A DNA stretch of 63,188 nt, counting the filler, from Rhabdomonas costata (lineage: Eukaryota), in NCBI GenBank assembly GCA_019059605.1. It is 10 parts of 10 records of this genome, joined end to end, with 100 filler letters (N's around TTAATTAATTAA, not from the genome) between each part and the next. Parts side by side here need not be neighbours in the genome. Positions count along the whole stretch, not along the records: positions 12,590 to 18,670 come from JAHMHO010000020.1; positions 18,771 to 25,574 come from JAHMHO010000021.1; 8 more parts are not named here. One strand, given 5' to 3'. Of this stretch, positions 13,889 through 25,674 are shown piece by piece. Under the pieces are notes generated by a model. The model was not told where the DNA came from, did no database searches, and saw only the letters and a list, made by a program, of their open reading frames with translations. Each line of letters opens with the position of its first letter. Position 1 is the first letter of the stretch. A program made the position numbers and the translations under genes.

Positions 13889-16800
13889 AGATTTACCTCC
13901 CACCACCATTTACCAGCGCCGCTGTTTCGGGTTGGTGGCTTGGGTGCCCACCTCACCTGCTGATGTGGACGCTTATTTGGACTCCGTATCTCGGGAGTAT
14001 GAGAAGTTTCACCTTGCCTTTGAGAACCACTTCTGGTCGACGAAAATGAACCTTCCTGGATGCAGTGTAGATGAGCTCACGCGCACCAAGGAGGAATATG
14101 AGGCATACCTGCGAGACCCCAAAACCCTGTCTGAGCTTCAGAGCAGACTGAAAGCTGCAGAAGCGGCTGGGCTGGTGAACGGCTCTCAGCGGAAAGTTTT
14201 TGCGTTGATGGAGAAAACTTTCAAGTGTTACGGAACACCTGGCGGGGAAGCTGATGGAATCAGAACCGAAATCACCAAGGTCTCTTCTTTGTCTGTTTGT
14301 TGTGGGTCGGAATTGTTTTCGGTTGCTGGTGTTTGCTTCCCTGGGTTTCTCTCGGTGAGTGCGCTTACTGAACTCTGCGTTTGACCTTATCAGCTCGAAG
14401 GTGACCTGGCCATGGCTCGCAATAAGATGGAGCTGGGTTACATTGATCCGCACACCAAGGTTTTTCAGAAGTGCAGCTCTCAGCTTCTTAAGGTAAAAAT
14501 GAACACAAGCTCGGAGGAGCCCTTGCGTAAGGCGTGCTATGAGGGTCTGCGCACCATTGGCCCCTTCGTGGCTCCCCAGCTGGGGGAGTTGGTGAAATTG
14601 CGCAACCGCTATGCCCGGAAACTGGGGTGTGTTGCGCGCGGCACTTTCTCGTCAACCCTTCTTTAATGCTTGCTTTAGTAGTTCATAAGACTGACCATGA
14701 CCGTGAATATTATAGAGAAATAATTTACACGCTTCTGCACGCTAATATGATTCACCAGTTCCACCAGATGTCCAATGGGATGGCTGTGAAAATCTATTCC
14801 GTCTTGCCCATTCATCCCATCTGGATTCACTCGTGAGTCGTGAGATTTGAAGCGAAGTGATCGAAAGCCCGGAAGGAAAATAGGCTCATCACAAGGCGAA
14901 ACGAGGCGAAACTCCTGTTTTGCGGGCTGTGTCATTTTCTTCAGCTTCGTGGACTTCTATGACTACAAGGTGACACAGGCGGAGGGGTTTGACAAAAAGA
15001 CTCTCTTTGGCATTTTGGATGGTCTTGAGGAGCAAACCCGACCTCTTTCGAAGGTGAACAGTGCTGGGGGGGGGGGAGTTTCTTTGCAACTCGGATTTTT
15101 TGTACACAGCCGCACACAGCTCGTTGAAGCTGTAGAATGCCTGTCAGGTCGAATTCAGCGTATTGAGGGTTGATTTACTTCACTTGATGGGGAGATTATT
15201 TCCCAGTTAAGTGCGACTTTTGAGGCGGGTGCCTTCTTATGGGTTTTTGTGGCAGGTTGCGCTGGAGCAGCTGGCGCGCGAGAAGGGTGCTTTTGCAGTG
15301 CTGGCGTGGAACCGTGGCTACGTGACGGCTGGGGAGTCCACCCGAGAGAAGGACCCGTATATGCCCTTCAGTGAGGCACTGGAGCGCTGGGGGCGGAGCT
15401 TCGAGGCCTTGGGGGTGTGCGTCCGTATGCGTCCCCCAAGAGCAAGAGGCTTTGACCCTCCTCTCAGCATGCGCAATCCACTTTGCTCTTGCTTTGCTGG
15501 AACAGACCTTAGAATTGGGGAACTTTACGCTTCTGGTGGAAGACATTTTTCATGGATGGCCAAAGAATCTTTGCCTGTTACTTGGCTTTACGCGTGTTCT
15601 ATGGATGCGTATATCCTCAGATCAACCACAAAGGAAGCACAATGCAGCTGGACTTGCTCGACCGCTTTGGCAAGTACAGCAACGGGTTTTGCCATTGGCC
15701 CCAGCCTGCCTGGCGCACTGCCTCAGGGGAGTGGATTCCCTCGCGGGCCAACTTTACCAGCCTAGCCTCCCCCAACGAGGTGGGGTCAGGGCAGGTTGTG
15801 CCCCTAGTGCGAGCTGTTTCTTTCGCAACTTGGCTGGCAGGCGCTATCGGCCTGATAGATTTCTTTGCATTTCGATATGCTGCTGGGACGATGCAAACAT
15901 CATGTTGACGTTTTTGCGCGAAAGAAGTAGCACGCCGTCATGAGGGAAAGAAGGAACTGAAGGTGAAATTTAAGGAACTGAACGGGATTGCGTGTGCTGC
16001 ATATTCAGGAGGCTCTGCGGACACTCTTTCATGAGGCGGGGCATGCGGCGCACATGGCCAACATCGACCAGCGCAGCCCCTTCTTCTCCCAGGAGCGGGC
16101 ACCCATGTCGGTGGCATATGCTGAGCTGCAGAGCATGTTCCTGGACTCAATTATTGGAGACGCCGAGTGGCTGGGAAGGTTGCCTACTTATCCTCTGTCT
16201 CCGGCACAAGTGTAAAATTGCCGAAAAGTTTCCATTTTCATAACTATCAGCTCCTCTACTCGTTGCAGCCGCAGAAGTGCAGAAATGTCCGATGGTCCGA
16301 CGTTGCGGTTGAGTGTAAGAGTCTAAGAGAGGCCACCCCTCGTGAAAGGGCGAGCGCAAAGGGTTGCCTAGAACCAAAGTTTAATGCGCTGTTGAGGTTC
16401 CTGAAGAACCTCCGCTCAGCAGAGAGGTGTTCCACACCCTAAGAAGCGGTCAGGCAGCGGGAGACCATTTGAGATTCCGCTGGAGGCAGAAATATCCACC
16501 ACCAAGACAATGCCTTGTGCGCGTTGTGTGTGTGTGTGTGTGGGGGGGTCATTTAGGTACGCATTTAGCGCTGATGGCCACGTGATGCCCTGGGCGCTGG
16601 TGGAGAAGCATCTCCGGGCCACGCACAAGTATAAGGTACTGGCGCTACGCTCCCTGATTTCCGTGCCATACTTCGAGAAGGCTCTGTACGAGCTGCCTGA
16701 CGAGCAGGTTACTGCGGAGCGCATCCAGGCCCTGGCCGACGAGGTGGAGACCAAGCTGCAGGTGCCTCCCCCCATCCCCGATTCCTTGTCCTTCCGTTAA

Positions 16801-17717
16801 GCCGTCTGAACGTTCTGGAAACGGCTTTCGGAAAGGGGCACCACCTGATTACAACCAGGACTTGCCCAATTTAGCTTTTGCGTCCCAGTCCTGATTTGGT
16901 CTGAGATCCACATCTGGTGTCTTCCTTTGTTTGTTAATTCCCTGCATAACCTGCATAACCTGCATAACCTGAGCCTTACCACCAGTCAATGTGCCACGAT
17001 CTTACTTTCTTCCGCCAAACAGCCATATTTGAGCTCAGAAGCAACTGCTGACTGGATACTGAGGGTTCACCATTCTGCGGTTTTGGCAGAGACCTCTGAT
17101 TTTTGTGATACGGTTTCCTTTGGTCTGTGTGCGTTCAGGGGGGGCCTGCTCCGCTGCCTCTGCTGTTTATCCCCCATATCCTCGCGGACGAGAGCAGCTG
17201 CTACTACCACGGCTACGTTCTTGCTCAGATGGCGGTTGGCGGAGTGGGAGAGAGTGGAGTCTGGCCGTGATGTTTGTGGGCGTGGGTCGGGACCGTGATG
17301 CCGTAATATTTTTGAAACTTGTCCTCCCTTTAAAATCAATCACGGCTGGCTATCAGGTAATCCAGGTGAAAGTCGCTAGTTATATCAATCAAGCAAGCAA
17401 AGAGTTGGATATTGCAAAGTCATCTTATTCTGTTCGCGTGATGCGAGCATGGGTACAATTGCATGCGGAATTGACCGAACACACCGTTTTGCTTCCCATG
17501 CTTGGGTGCCTTATGTGCAAACGTCTCCCCACTTCAGGTATTCCAGACGCGGCGGTACTTCCTTCGCAGCCTGGGGCGAATCGCGGATGAGCCCCGGGTG
17601 GGCCAGGCGCTGACCGAAGTGTATTGGAAGCCTGGCAGCGGGGAGCCCTTCTTGGGCCTGGTCGCGAAGCTAACGGGGGGCCCGCTCTCCGCGGACGCGT
17701 GGGTGGAGGTCCTCAAG
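13889..17717 (+). CDS. Peptidase family M3 (oligoendopeptidase-like Zn metallopeptidase); exons ~13889-14279, 14394-14626, 14945-15053, 15256-15414, 15621-15794, 16009-16178, 16557-16761, 17139-17234, 17538-17717; start and final exon unresolved
   Basis: HExxH motif TLFHEAGHAAH with third ligand in AYAELQSMFLD; also RFGKYSNGFCHW, PHIL..YYHGYVLAQMA and KLRNRYARKLGFVDFYDY. All joins are phase-consistent GT-AG. Confidence 0.92.
16942..16971. repeat. Intronic tandem repeat (CTGCATAAC)x3
   Basis: Read directly. Confidence 0.9.
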
Positions 17718-18236
17718 GTTGCTGCTGAGCTTCCTTGCTTCCTTGCTTCCATGCTCTTTCGTGGCGTGTCCAGAGAAATGCAACCAAGTGCCCGAATAAT
17801 GGCTATAATACCCATTATAGGCATAATACACGGCGAACAAAAATTCAGGTTAGTCTTTTCTTTTGTAAACACCTTGGATCTTGGGCCACTCCGCTGCTCT
17901 CCTGAAAAAACCGCAGGGAAAATGTGCATCGTCTCCTAACCCTCTGCAAAATCTTCTGCTGGAATCCCAGGGGTCCGCATATATGTATGATGTGTATAAT
18001 GTGTATAATAGCTATTTTTTGACATCACTGCAAAGCGAGACGATTCGAGCGAGTATTATATAACGGGTTGTTGTAGCCATTGTGCTGTAATGATATTATA
18101 GCATATCACAGCATACTATTGTAATATCGTCATACTGTATAATGGTATTATACGAGGCGTGTAATGGTATTTTACACTATAATATCAGAGAGGCGGGGAG
18201 CAGGGGGGGGGGGGGGAGCTCGGGAAAGGGATCCGA

Positions 18237-18428
18237 GCCTCATTATTATATTATACTCTAATTACAAAAAGATATAATCTATTTGTAATTAGAGTATAAT
18301 ATAACGACCGGCCAGGGGTGAAACGACCGGCGGCAGTGGGTCCATCTCTGCAAAGGCTGCCGCAGCAGCCCTAAATTGATTAATTATGAAAATCTATTTG
18401 TAATTAGAGTATAATATAATAATGAGGC
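18237..18428. mobile_element. AT-rich MITE/foldback-like element with 32-bp perfect terminal inverted repeats
   Basis: GCCTCATTATTATATTATACTCTAATTACAAA (18237-18268) is the exact reverse complement of 18397-18428. A further partial right-arm copy lies at ~18277-18304. No target-site duplication (TSD) seen. Confidence 0.65.
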
Positions 18429-19011
18429 CAATTGATTAGTTTTTCTTTTCTTAAATTTTATTGACTGCTGTAGAGGGCTAAGCCAAGCCGAAGAGTTAAT
18501 TGATTATAATATATTGAAATTGTGTATATATTGATCAATATATCAATATCATATCAATATATATTTGACACTCCTTTCGCAGTGACCCTTTTTTTCCTTC
18601 CCTTATATTTTGTTACTCATGTTGAAAGTTATGCCATATATTTTTATATGGCAGGACTCCAAATGACCAANNNNNNNNNNNNNNNNNNNNNNNNNNNNNN
18701 NNNNNNNNNNNNNNTTAATTAATTAANNNNNNNNNNNNNNNNNNNNNNNNNNNNNNNNNNNNNNNNNNNNTGGTCGTCTAACATCGAAAGCGCCACTGTG
18801 GTGGTTAATTTGGTACCTTTGCGCAGCTGAATTTGCCCCCCACCCCCTTGTTTCACCTGACCCCAATCCACTGAATTTCATGTCAGTCTGTCTTCCATTC
18901 CACAATTCAGTTGGTTTATTCGATCCTCTTCCTGTACTGGGCCCGCAGGGGCATGAGTGCTCTGAAACTTCACCACGAAAACCCCCCGGACCACTCCTTT
19001 TCATATCGCAG

Positions 19012-22000
19012 GGGCATGAGTGCCTTCGTGAAGTACGTGCCCCGGGACGTGGTGAGACAGATGCTTATGGGTGAGCTGGGCGTGGGGAGCCACATGGAGC
19101 GCCGCGTGGTGACCATCCTGTTCATGTATGCTCCACTTCTCTACTCAACTCTTCAGCCACCCACCCTGTCACCGACCAGTGTCCAGTGGCGTGCTGATGA
19201 CAGGCAGCTTTTGATCGCTTTACTTTAACGTGCTCCTGTGTGCCTGGGCTTAGTGCACTTGTGCTCCCATCCAAATGCAGCCTTTGGGACCCAGTGGAAG
19301 TAAATCCTTTCCACCGCCTTAAACAACTGGCACCTCCGGAATTTAGATGTGGGCCACCCTCTCCCCTTTCACGAGTGTCAATCTGAATGCTACCTAGAAA
19401 AGGAAGGGGAAGTTTTCGACGCATCGATGTCTGGGTCTTTCAGTCTCTCAAGCAGGAGCACAAGGCCTGAGCACAACATACTCCGCCGGTACCTTTCCTG
19501 GTTTACCGCAGTGGCCGAAGCATGAGATCTCGAGATGCTGAATGGGAGGCCCTGTGACTTTTCTCTGCCAGTTTTTGAAATGGTGTCAGTTTCATTGGGA
19601 CCACCAGACTGCAACCCCTCTGCAGGGACATTGCCGGGTTCAGCTCCCTCAGCGAGGAGCTCGACCCGGAGCCCTTGATTACACTGACCACGGAGTACAT
19701 GCAGGCCATGTGTGATGTGATCGTCAGTTACAGCGGGACCCTGGACAAGGTGTGAAGGGGATTGTGGAATTCTAATCCTGGGCAAATCGGGTTCTCCTTT
19801 CAATTCTGTCGTGAGAAAGTGTGTGGGACGTTCGACACACAGAACATGTGTTTCCGAGCAAAAGGTTGTGACCGAGTCTCGTCCTCCTCCGCTGTGGAGC
19901 AGCAGAAGGAGAGGAGGGACTGGTAGGCTTCATGGTTCCCGTGATTGAGGCAGCGCGCTCACTCAGCTGGCTGGGGTTGTGCCACATGTTGGTGAAGGTG
20001 CAGGAGCGGTGTTGAACGGAGACGGGCTGAACGGGATTTGGCACACAGATGACCCATTAGCGGCTACTAGGAGGAGGACAAAGGGGTCGCAGTCCGCCTC
20101 TGTTACGAAGAGGGTGGCAGATGGCGGCAGATGGGGCTCCTCTGTGACTCTCTGAGCTCCAGCGAAACAGTGCAGCTTGAGTGCGGGGCCTTTAAAAAGG
20201 GTGGTTGCAGGCTTGCCAGAAGGGAGATCAGCAGTGAGGAAGTTGGCGTTCCACTAAAACCCTATAAAAAAAAGCAGCCGGCATCCGTTCACACTTTAAG
20301 TTAGAGAGTGCAAAAGGTTCTGGTGAACAATGCGTATGTGGGTGTGGGGTGGTATTCAGTTTATTGGGGACTGCATCATGGCGCTATGGAACGCACCACG
20401 GACGCTGAGGCAGCACGCCAGCTCTGCTGTGGCGGCGGCGCTGCGTATGCAAACCGAATTGCTTCCCCTGTGGGACAGCTGGGCCTCCAAGGACTTGCCC
20501 CCGATCCGGTGTGTATTTGTCTTATGAACACAACTCTTCCTGGTGGTTAGCGCGCGTTTGGTCCGAATGCACAGGAAATAGGAAAGAGCACCCCACGGAC
20601 CGACAGAGGATGCCAGAGGAGAGCTCTGCTGGGGTCATCCCGCACTAGATCAACTGGTACTGCCCCAATGGTTTCCCCTCTTGCAACCCTGCTTGCCCCC
20701 ACCCCTACCACACTGCTCCTTTTGTAGGTTTCGGGTTGGGATCAACACTGACTCTGTCTTTGTGGGGAACTTCGGGTGCGATCACCGCATCAGTTACACG
20801 GTGTGCGTGTGTGTGTGTGTGTGCAAAGCGCACGTGTATGAAAAGCGCAGTGCAGAGAAGTCGGAAATACGGTTGGAAGGACAGGTTTCTATTTTTGTAG
20901 CGGCTTAGACAGACGCTAGAGAAAACGACATCGATGCCGTCATGAAGTAGCAAAGGAGCTTAGCGAAGAAGGGCCAGCAAAGGCAAGGAGGAGTGAAGAG
21001 GACCGGTTATGGGACAGGGGAGGGAAAAGGAAAGAAAAGGAGCAGCATGAGGGAAATCGACAGAAAAGGGAAAGTGAGGAAAAAAGAGGAGGGGGAAAGA
21101 GAGCCCAGTCCTGAAATAAAAAAGAGGGTCCAATCATAGAAAAAGACCCATAAAGTTGGTGATAATAACGGAACTGAAGAAGGCGGTCACAACTTAGGAG
21201 CAATGAGCGGACTAGTCCCTGGAAACAGCAAACAGCAGATGTAAGTCCCTGGTTCAGGGCCATATAAAGCCGATTTCTCCGGAACCACCAGAACCGGACC
21301 GATCGTTATTCTTGACAGACTGGCAAAACTGAGAATCCCCCCTCGGCGCACAGTCAAGGAGGTAGGCCAGACTCAGACAGCCACAGCGAACAGACGGACG
21401 CCCCAAGAATCACTATTCTAATGACTTCTTCGGCCTAATCTGCAATGGAGATGCAGAGGAAAGAACCCGGGCAAGTGCGCAAATATGGAGCTCAGTAAAG
21501 TGGAAAGAAGAAGCACAGTGGGCCGGACGCACAGGAATGGCTAAAATGGACAGTGGAGCTCCGGCGCGAGGGCAGGCGGTTCTGGCGAGCAGTGGCGAGT
21601 GGCAGCTAGCAGCGAACACTGGACTCTTCGTGGTAAGAAGATGATGACCTAAAGATCCTTGGCAGAAGAGAATGTGACCGATTGATAAGCAGACCGTGCG
21701 AGCGCAAGTGTGTTGGTGCTTCCAAGAACCGTGACACTGAGGTCTGAGGTTTCCCAAGAACCGCTCCCTGCAGCAGGGGGTATTCCGTACCCTGAGAGGC
21801 CAGGCAGTGGGAGAGTATTTGAAAGCCCGCTGGATGCAGAAAAGCCTCCACCTTAGCAATACCTTTTGCTTGTGTGTGGCTGCAGAGGGCCTGATCTGGC
21901 ACGTCTTCCATGAAAGCTTCTTGTGGTGATTGTCATTTACCTGCTTGTCCAGCACCGTTGGGTCAGTTCTCTTTTTTCAGGTGCTAGGTGATGGTGTGAA

Positions 22001-23516
22001 TTTGGCCAGCCGCCTTGAGGGTGCAAACAAGGTTCCACCACCAATACCACACCCACACAATTTCTTGTTCCGGGCCCACAGCCTGCCATGCCGAGGCCTT
22101 TGTGGGGCTGGAGCCTTTTTTATAACTAGCTAGAGTGGAGGGAGGGTCCGCGCTTATTTTTGTGGGATTGTAGTACTCCTGAGATGAATTGGTTAGCCGC
22201 TTCCTGGCCTGGAACTCCTCTTCGCAGAGATCTGGGGCTTTTGGGGGGCATTTTGGGCGTTGTTCGGGCCTTTTTTCGACTTACCCGCATTTTTAAGGCC
22301 TAGGGAAGCTCTTTTTGACCTTTTCAGGCTGTCTTGCCCAAAACAACCTATTTAGCCCTAGCTGTGCATTGCCCGGGTATGCTTTGCCTACGTAACCGCA
22401 TCTCAGGAGTACTTGCTGCTGACCTCCTATGCTTGCCTTTCTACTTGCTTGAAAAGAGAATGCTGACCAGTCTGCACTGGCGCAGCGGAATTGTTGCAGA
22501 CAGGGGTTGGTTGGTTTATGTTTGTTTCGAGTGCTGAGGGTTTTAGTTTCTGAAAAAGAGGCGCCAGTTGCTCACGACTTGTGGTTTCTCATGTGTGTGT
22601 CATCTCATGAAACCATGGGTTCATTTTCTGAATTACCGCTTTCCAATGGACTTGCAAGGATCGCCAGCATGCAAGTGGTATTGCAAAATTCCTTTCATAT
22701 CCTTGTGGTCATCTTTTGGGTGAACCCTTTACCCTGCTCCCTTGAACGCGCACCTGCAGCCCTTCCGGACGGTTGTACTGATCAGCGAGAGAACGATGAC
22801 ACAGGCCCGCCCAGACTTTCACTTCCGTGCCTTGGGCAAGATCACGGTGCCTGGCAAGAGCACTGTGGTGTCCGTATACGAGCCGCTTTTCGCGGTGCCT
22901 CAGGACCCCGCATTGTCCCCGACGCAGGGAGACAGCCTAGGGGCGGGGGAGGTCCTACTGAGCCGCGGCCCCGCTTCAGTTGGGTCGGAAAGAGAGGGTT
23001 TGTTTTTGAATTGCCTTCTTTCTCACCTGTGAATATTGGTTTGGAACCACGCCCCCGCAGCTTTACTTTGGGGCTTTGGGATCACCTGGTGAATTTGGAA
23101 AGTACTTCAATTGAAGATTCGCGAAAGCCGAGAAAAGGTAACCTGCTGCGTTTTTGTTCAACACATAACGTTAACTTTGTGATTTGTGTTTGCAGTCCGA
23201 AGTCAGCTGTTATAACGATTTTAGAGTTTATTCGCAAAAAAAGAAGTATGAGCTTGGTTGGAGTACCTGTTGCTGTACGGCAAAACCTTCCACCTTTTTA
23301 GGCGTGGATTGGAAATCTGAGTAGGGAACGCCTTTTTGGTACTCGTACGTCGCTTCAGGTTCGCTCCACTTTGGGCGCTCGGAATTATGTAACCACGGCC
23401 AAGCCTACTTGAGCCCACCTCTACGGCCATCCGCTGTAGAAGAAGACACAGTAGTGTACGGATGGAAGCACGTCCCACGGCCAGTGCTGGTTGAAGTTGC
23501 CGAGCTGTTCGGAAAG
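19012..23516 (+). CDS. Class III adenylate cyclase catalytic domain, 5'-truncated; exons 19012-19125, 19626-19749, 20360-20508, 20728-20800, 21981-22031, 22760-~22951, probable exon ending 23516
   Basis: Spliced motifs FVKYVPRDVV, VTILFMDIAGFS, GTLDKFIGDCIMALWNAP, FRVGINT..VGNFG..RISYTVLGDGVNLASRLEGANK, VLISE and ITVPGK. Both metal-binding Asp residues, the Lys and the Asn/Arg pair are present. Confidence 0.93.
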
Positions 23517-24795
23517 GTTAGCTGCCTCTTTCCCCTCTGTTATGCACGTGCGTACCCTTTCTCAGTCAAAGTCCCGCCGATGCGGTATTGGCAATCGGAA
23601 CTCAACTGCACACTTTTGAGAATTATTTAGCATTTCAATGTGGTCCTTCAATGTAGGGGGCAGTGTTAATTATGATCGGCATCAAGAATTCTTATTTCCA
23701 TTACTGTTCATGATTACCAGTGCCATCAAACCGTCTAACCGGCTCGCCATCCTCAGCAAGGGCCCAGCTTGGGTGCATGAACCCGTGATATAGAATGACA
23801 GTCATGTTTTTTCTTGGTTGTTTCTAGACCCACAATGGCTGCAATTTAACCTCCGTCTTTTCGGAAATACCGTGAGGAAGCAGTTTTGTCTGTCGTCGTG
23901 ACGCTTCTTGTCGCCTTGCATGATGACAGATACGCCTCCAATCTCCGGTCTTCCAGCAACTTGCCGGTCCATCCGGTGTCCCGTTTTGCTGGTGCTGTGA
24001 GTCGGTCCCAGTGTTTATTATCCTGCATTGTACGGTGTTTCGTCTGCCAGGATATGGAGAAAAACAGTGTGCAGCACAGTGGACAGGCCTTGCAAAAAAC
24101 CCACTGCTTCTCTACAGCATTCCGGCTAGCGTGAAAACTGGCTCCCGAGATGCCCACCCGTGTGCAAGTATTTCACCCAATTCTGATTCACTCAGAACCA
24201 GCCTAAGTGAAGTCCTTGGAGAATTTAGGAGATAGAGCCAGAAATTACGGGGTGGCACAGAATATGTGTATGAAAACGAGTTTTTATGAAAACCGAGTGG
24301 GTTCTTGTGCGTGGAGAAGTAAGAATCAGAGAATTGTGTTCAAGATGTTCTCCCACTGTTGGCAGTACGCTCTCAGGTAGTATCACATGCGGCCCTAACC
24401 ATCAAAATCGGCAATCTTTCCGCCGCATCCAGAATATAGGCTCGAGTTGTCCAAGCGAACGTGCAAGGCTGTGGTAAACCTAGATCTTGAGATGTCTCCA
24501 AGCCTAAATTACGGCTCTCCGTGAGATCGGGTGATCTCCTATGCCGCGCAACCTTTCTCTTCTTGAAGGATGTGTCTAAGAATTGCAGCAAACTGCGAGC
24601 AGTGTGTGTCTGTGTGTGTGTGCGGAAGCAACGCGGGGGGTGTCAGAGGCAGCAGCAATTCTGAGAGAATTGCAACAGCTGGGGAGCCACCTGAGCCACA
24701 ATGCTGGAAGCTTTTTGAGAAAGTGGTGGACAAGACGGCTAACTTCGAATCCCACAGTCCACCCAGGTGAAGGAGAGGAAGGTTCAGCGGGCTAA

Positions 24796-25574
24796 GGGGA
24801 CGACACGGAAGCGAAGGCCGACTCTCGGAAATGTGATGGACAGTGCGATTGGAGCAACAAGGATGAAGAATCCATATTGGAAGCCACGGAGCAGCGAAAT
24901 TATGCAGATGACAGGGATGGACTTGGCACGCGGTATGTGAAGAACTTCAATGAAGGAAAGGTGGTCACAGGAGAACCGCTGAACCGGTACGGCCTGTGGA
25001 ATAAGGTTGGTAGAGACAAAGGGAATTTGTGATTCCTCAACGTGAGCCTCCAAGTGATGGGACGAATTCTACCCCGACATGGTCAATGGACAGTGAGCAG
25101 AGGTAAATCCCTGACGCGGGCCCTTGGGGAGACATTGGTCCGAATGTCATGGTTGGGGAACCACTCTATCCTGAACCCAACGAGCTTCCGCAAAGCCGTG
25201 TTTGACGCATTGCCCCATTTTGGAGATGGCGGTCAACACGATGTGGTGGAGTTCCTGGGTCAAGTCTGGGAGGTGCTTCAAAAGGAGGCATTGAGTCCTG
25301 GTACGCCAGTGGAGGAGCATGGACAAGAAAGTGCCGAGGCCAATAATGTGATTAAAGAAATTGTGTACCACGTGGAAGAATCAAGTGTTGAATGCCCAGA
25401 ATGCGGAGATAAGACATCAACAGTGAGGGAAGAGACAGTTGTGCTTATGGCCGTCCCGGAAAGACCTATCGTCGCCATGGATGAGTGCCTGATGGACCAC
25501 TTCGGGGATGAGGTTCTGGACATGGAAAACGCATTCATATGCCCCAGATGTCAACGGAAAGTGCCCACAACAAA
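24796..25574 (+). pseudogene. Ubiquitin-specific protease (peptidase C19) domain with in-frame TGA at the catalytic Cys position (pseudogene or recoded), truncated by contig end
   Basis: Frame reads YGLWNKVGRDKGNL*FLNVSLQV (Cys box; TGA 25030-25032), then LNPTSFRKAV..FGDGGQHDVVEFL, SSVECPECG and MDECLMDHFGDEVLDMENAFICPRC. An in-frame TAA lies upstream at 24793-24795. Confidence 0.8.
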
Positions 25575-25674
25575 NNNNNNNNNNNNNNNNNNNNNNNNNN
25601 NNNNNNNNNNNNNNNNNNTTAATTAATTAANNNNNNNNNNNNNNNNNNNNNNNNNNNNNNNNNNNNNNNNNNNN

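Noticed and set aside
16370-16420. Resemblance to a conserved region of eukaryotic RNase P RNA (AGTTYAATG followed by a hairpin)
   Set aside because: No matching CR-I/CR-V pseudoknot pair could be found.
20801-21980. Purine-rich intron interior as a transposon
   Set aside because: No termini, TSD or coding motif recognisable.
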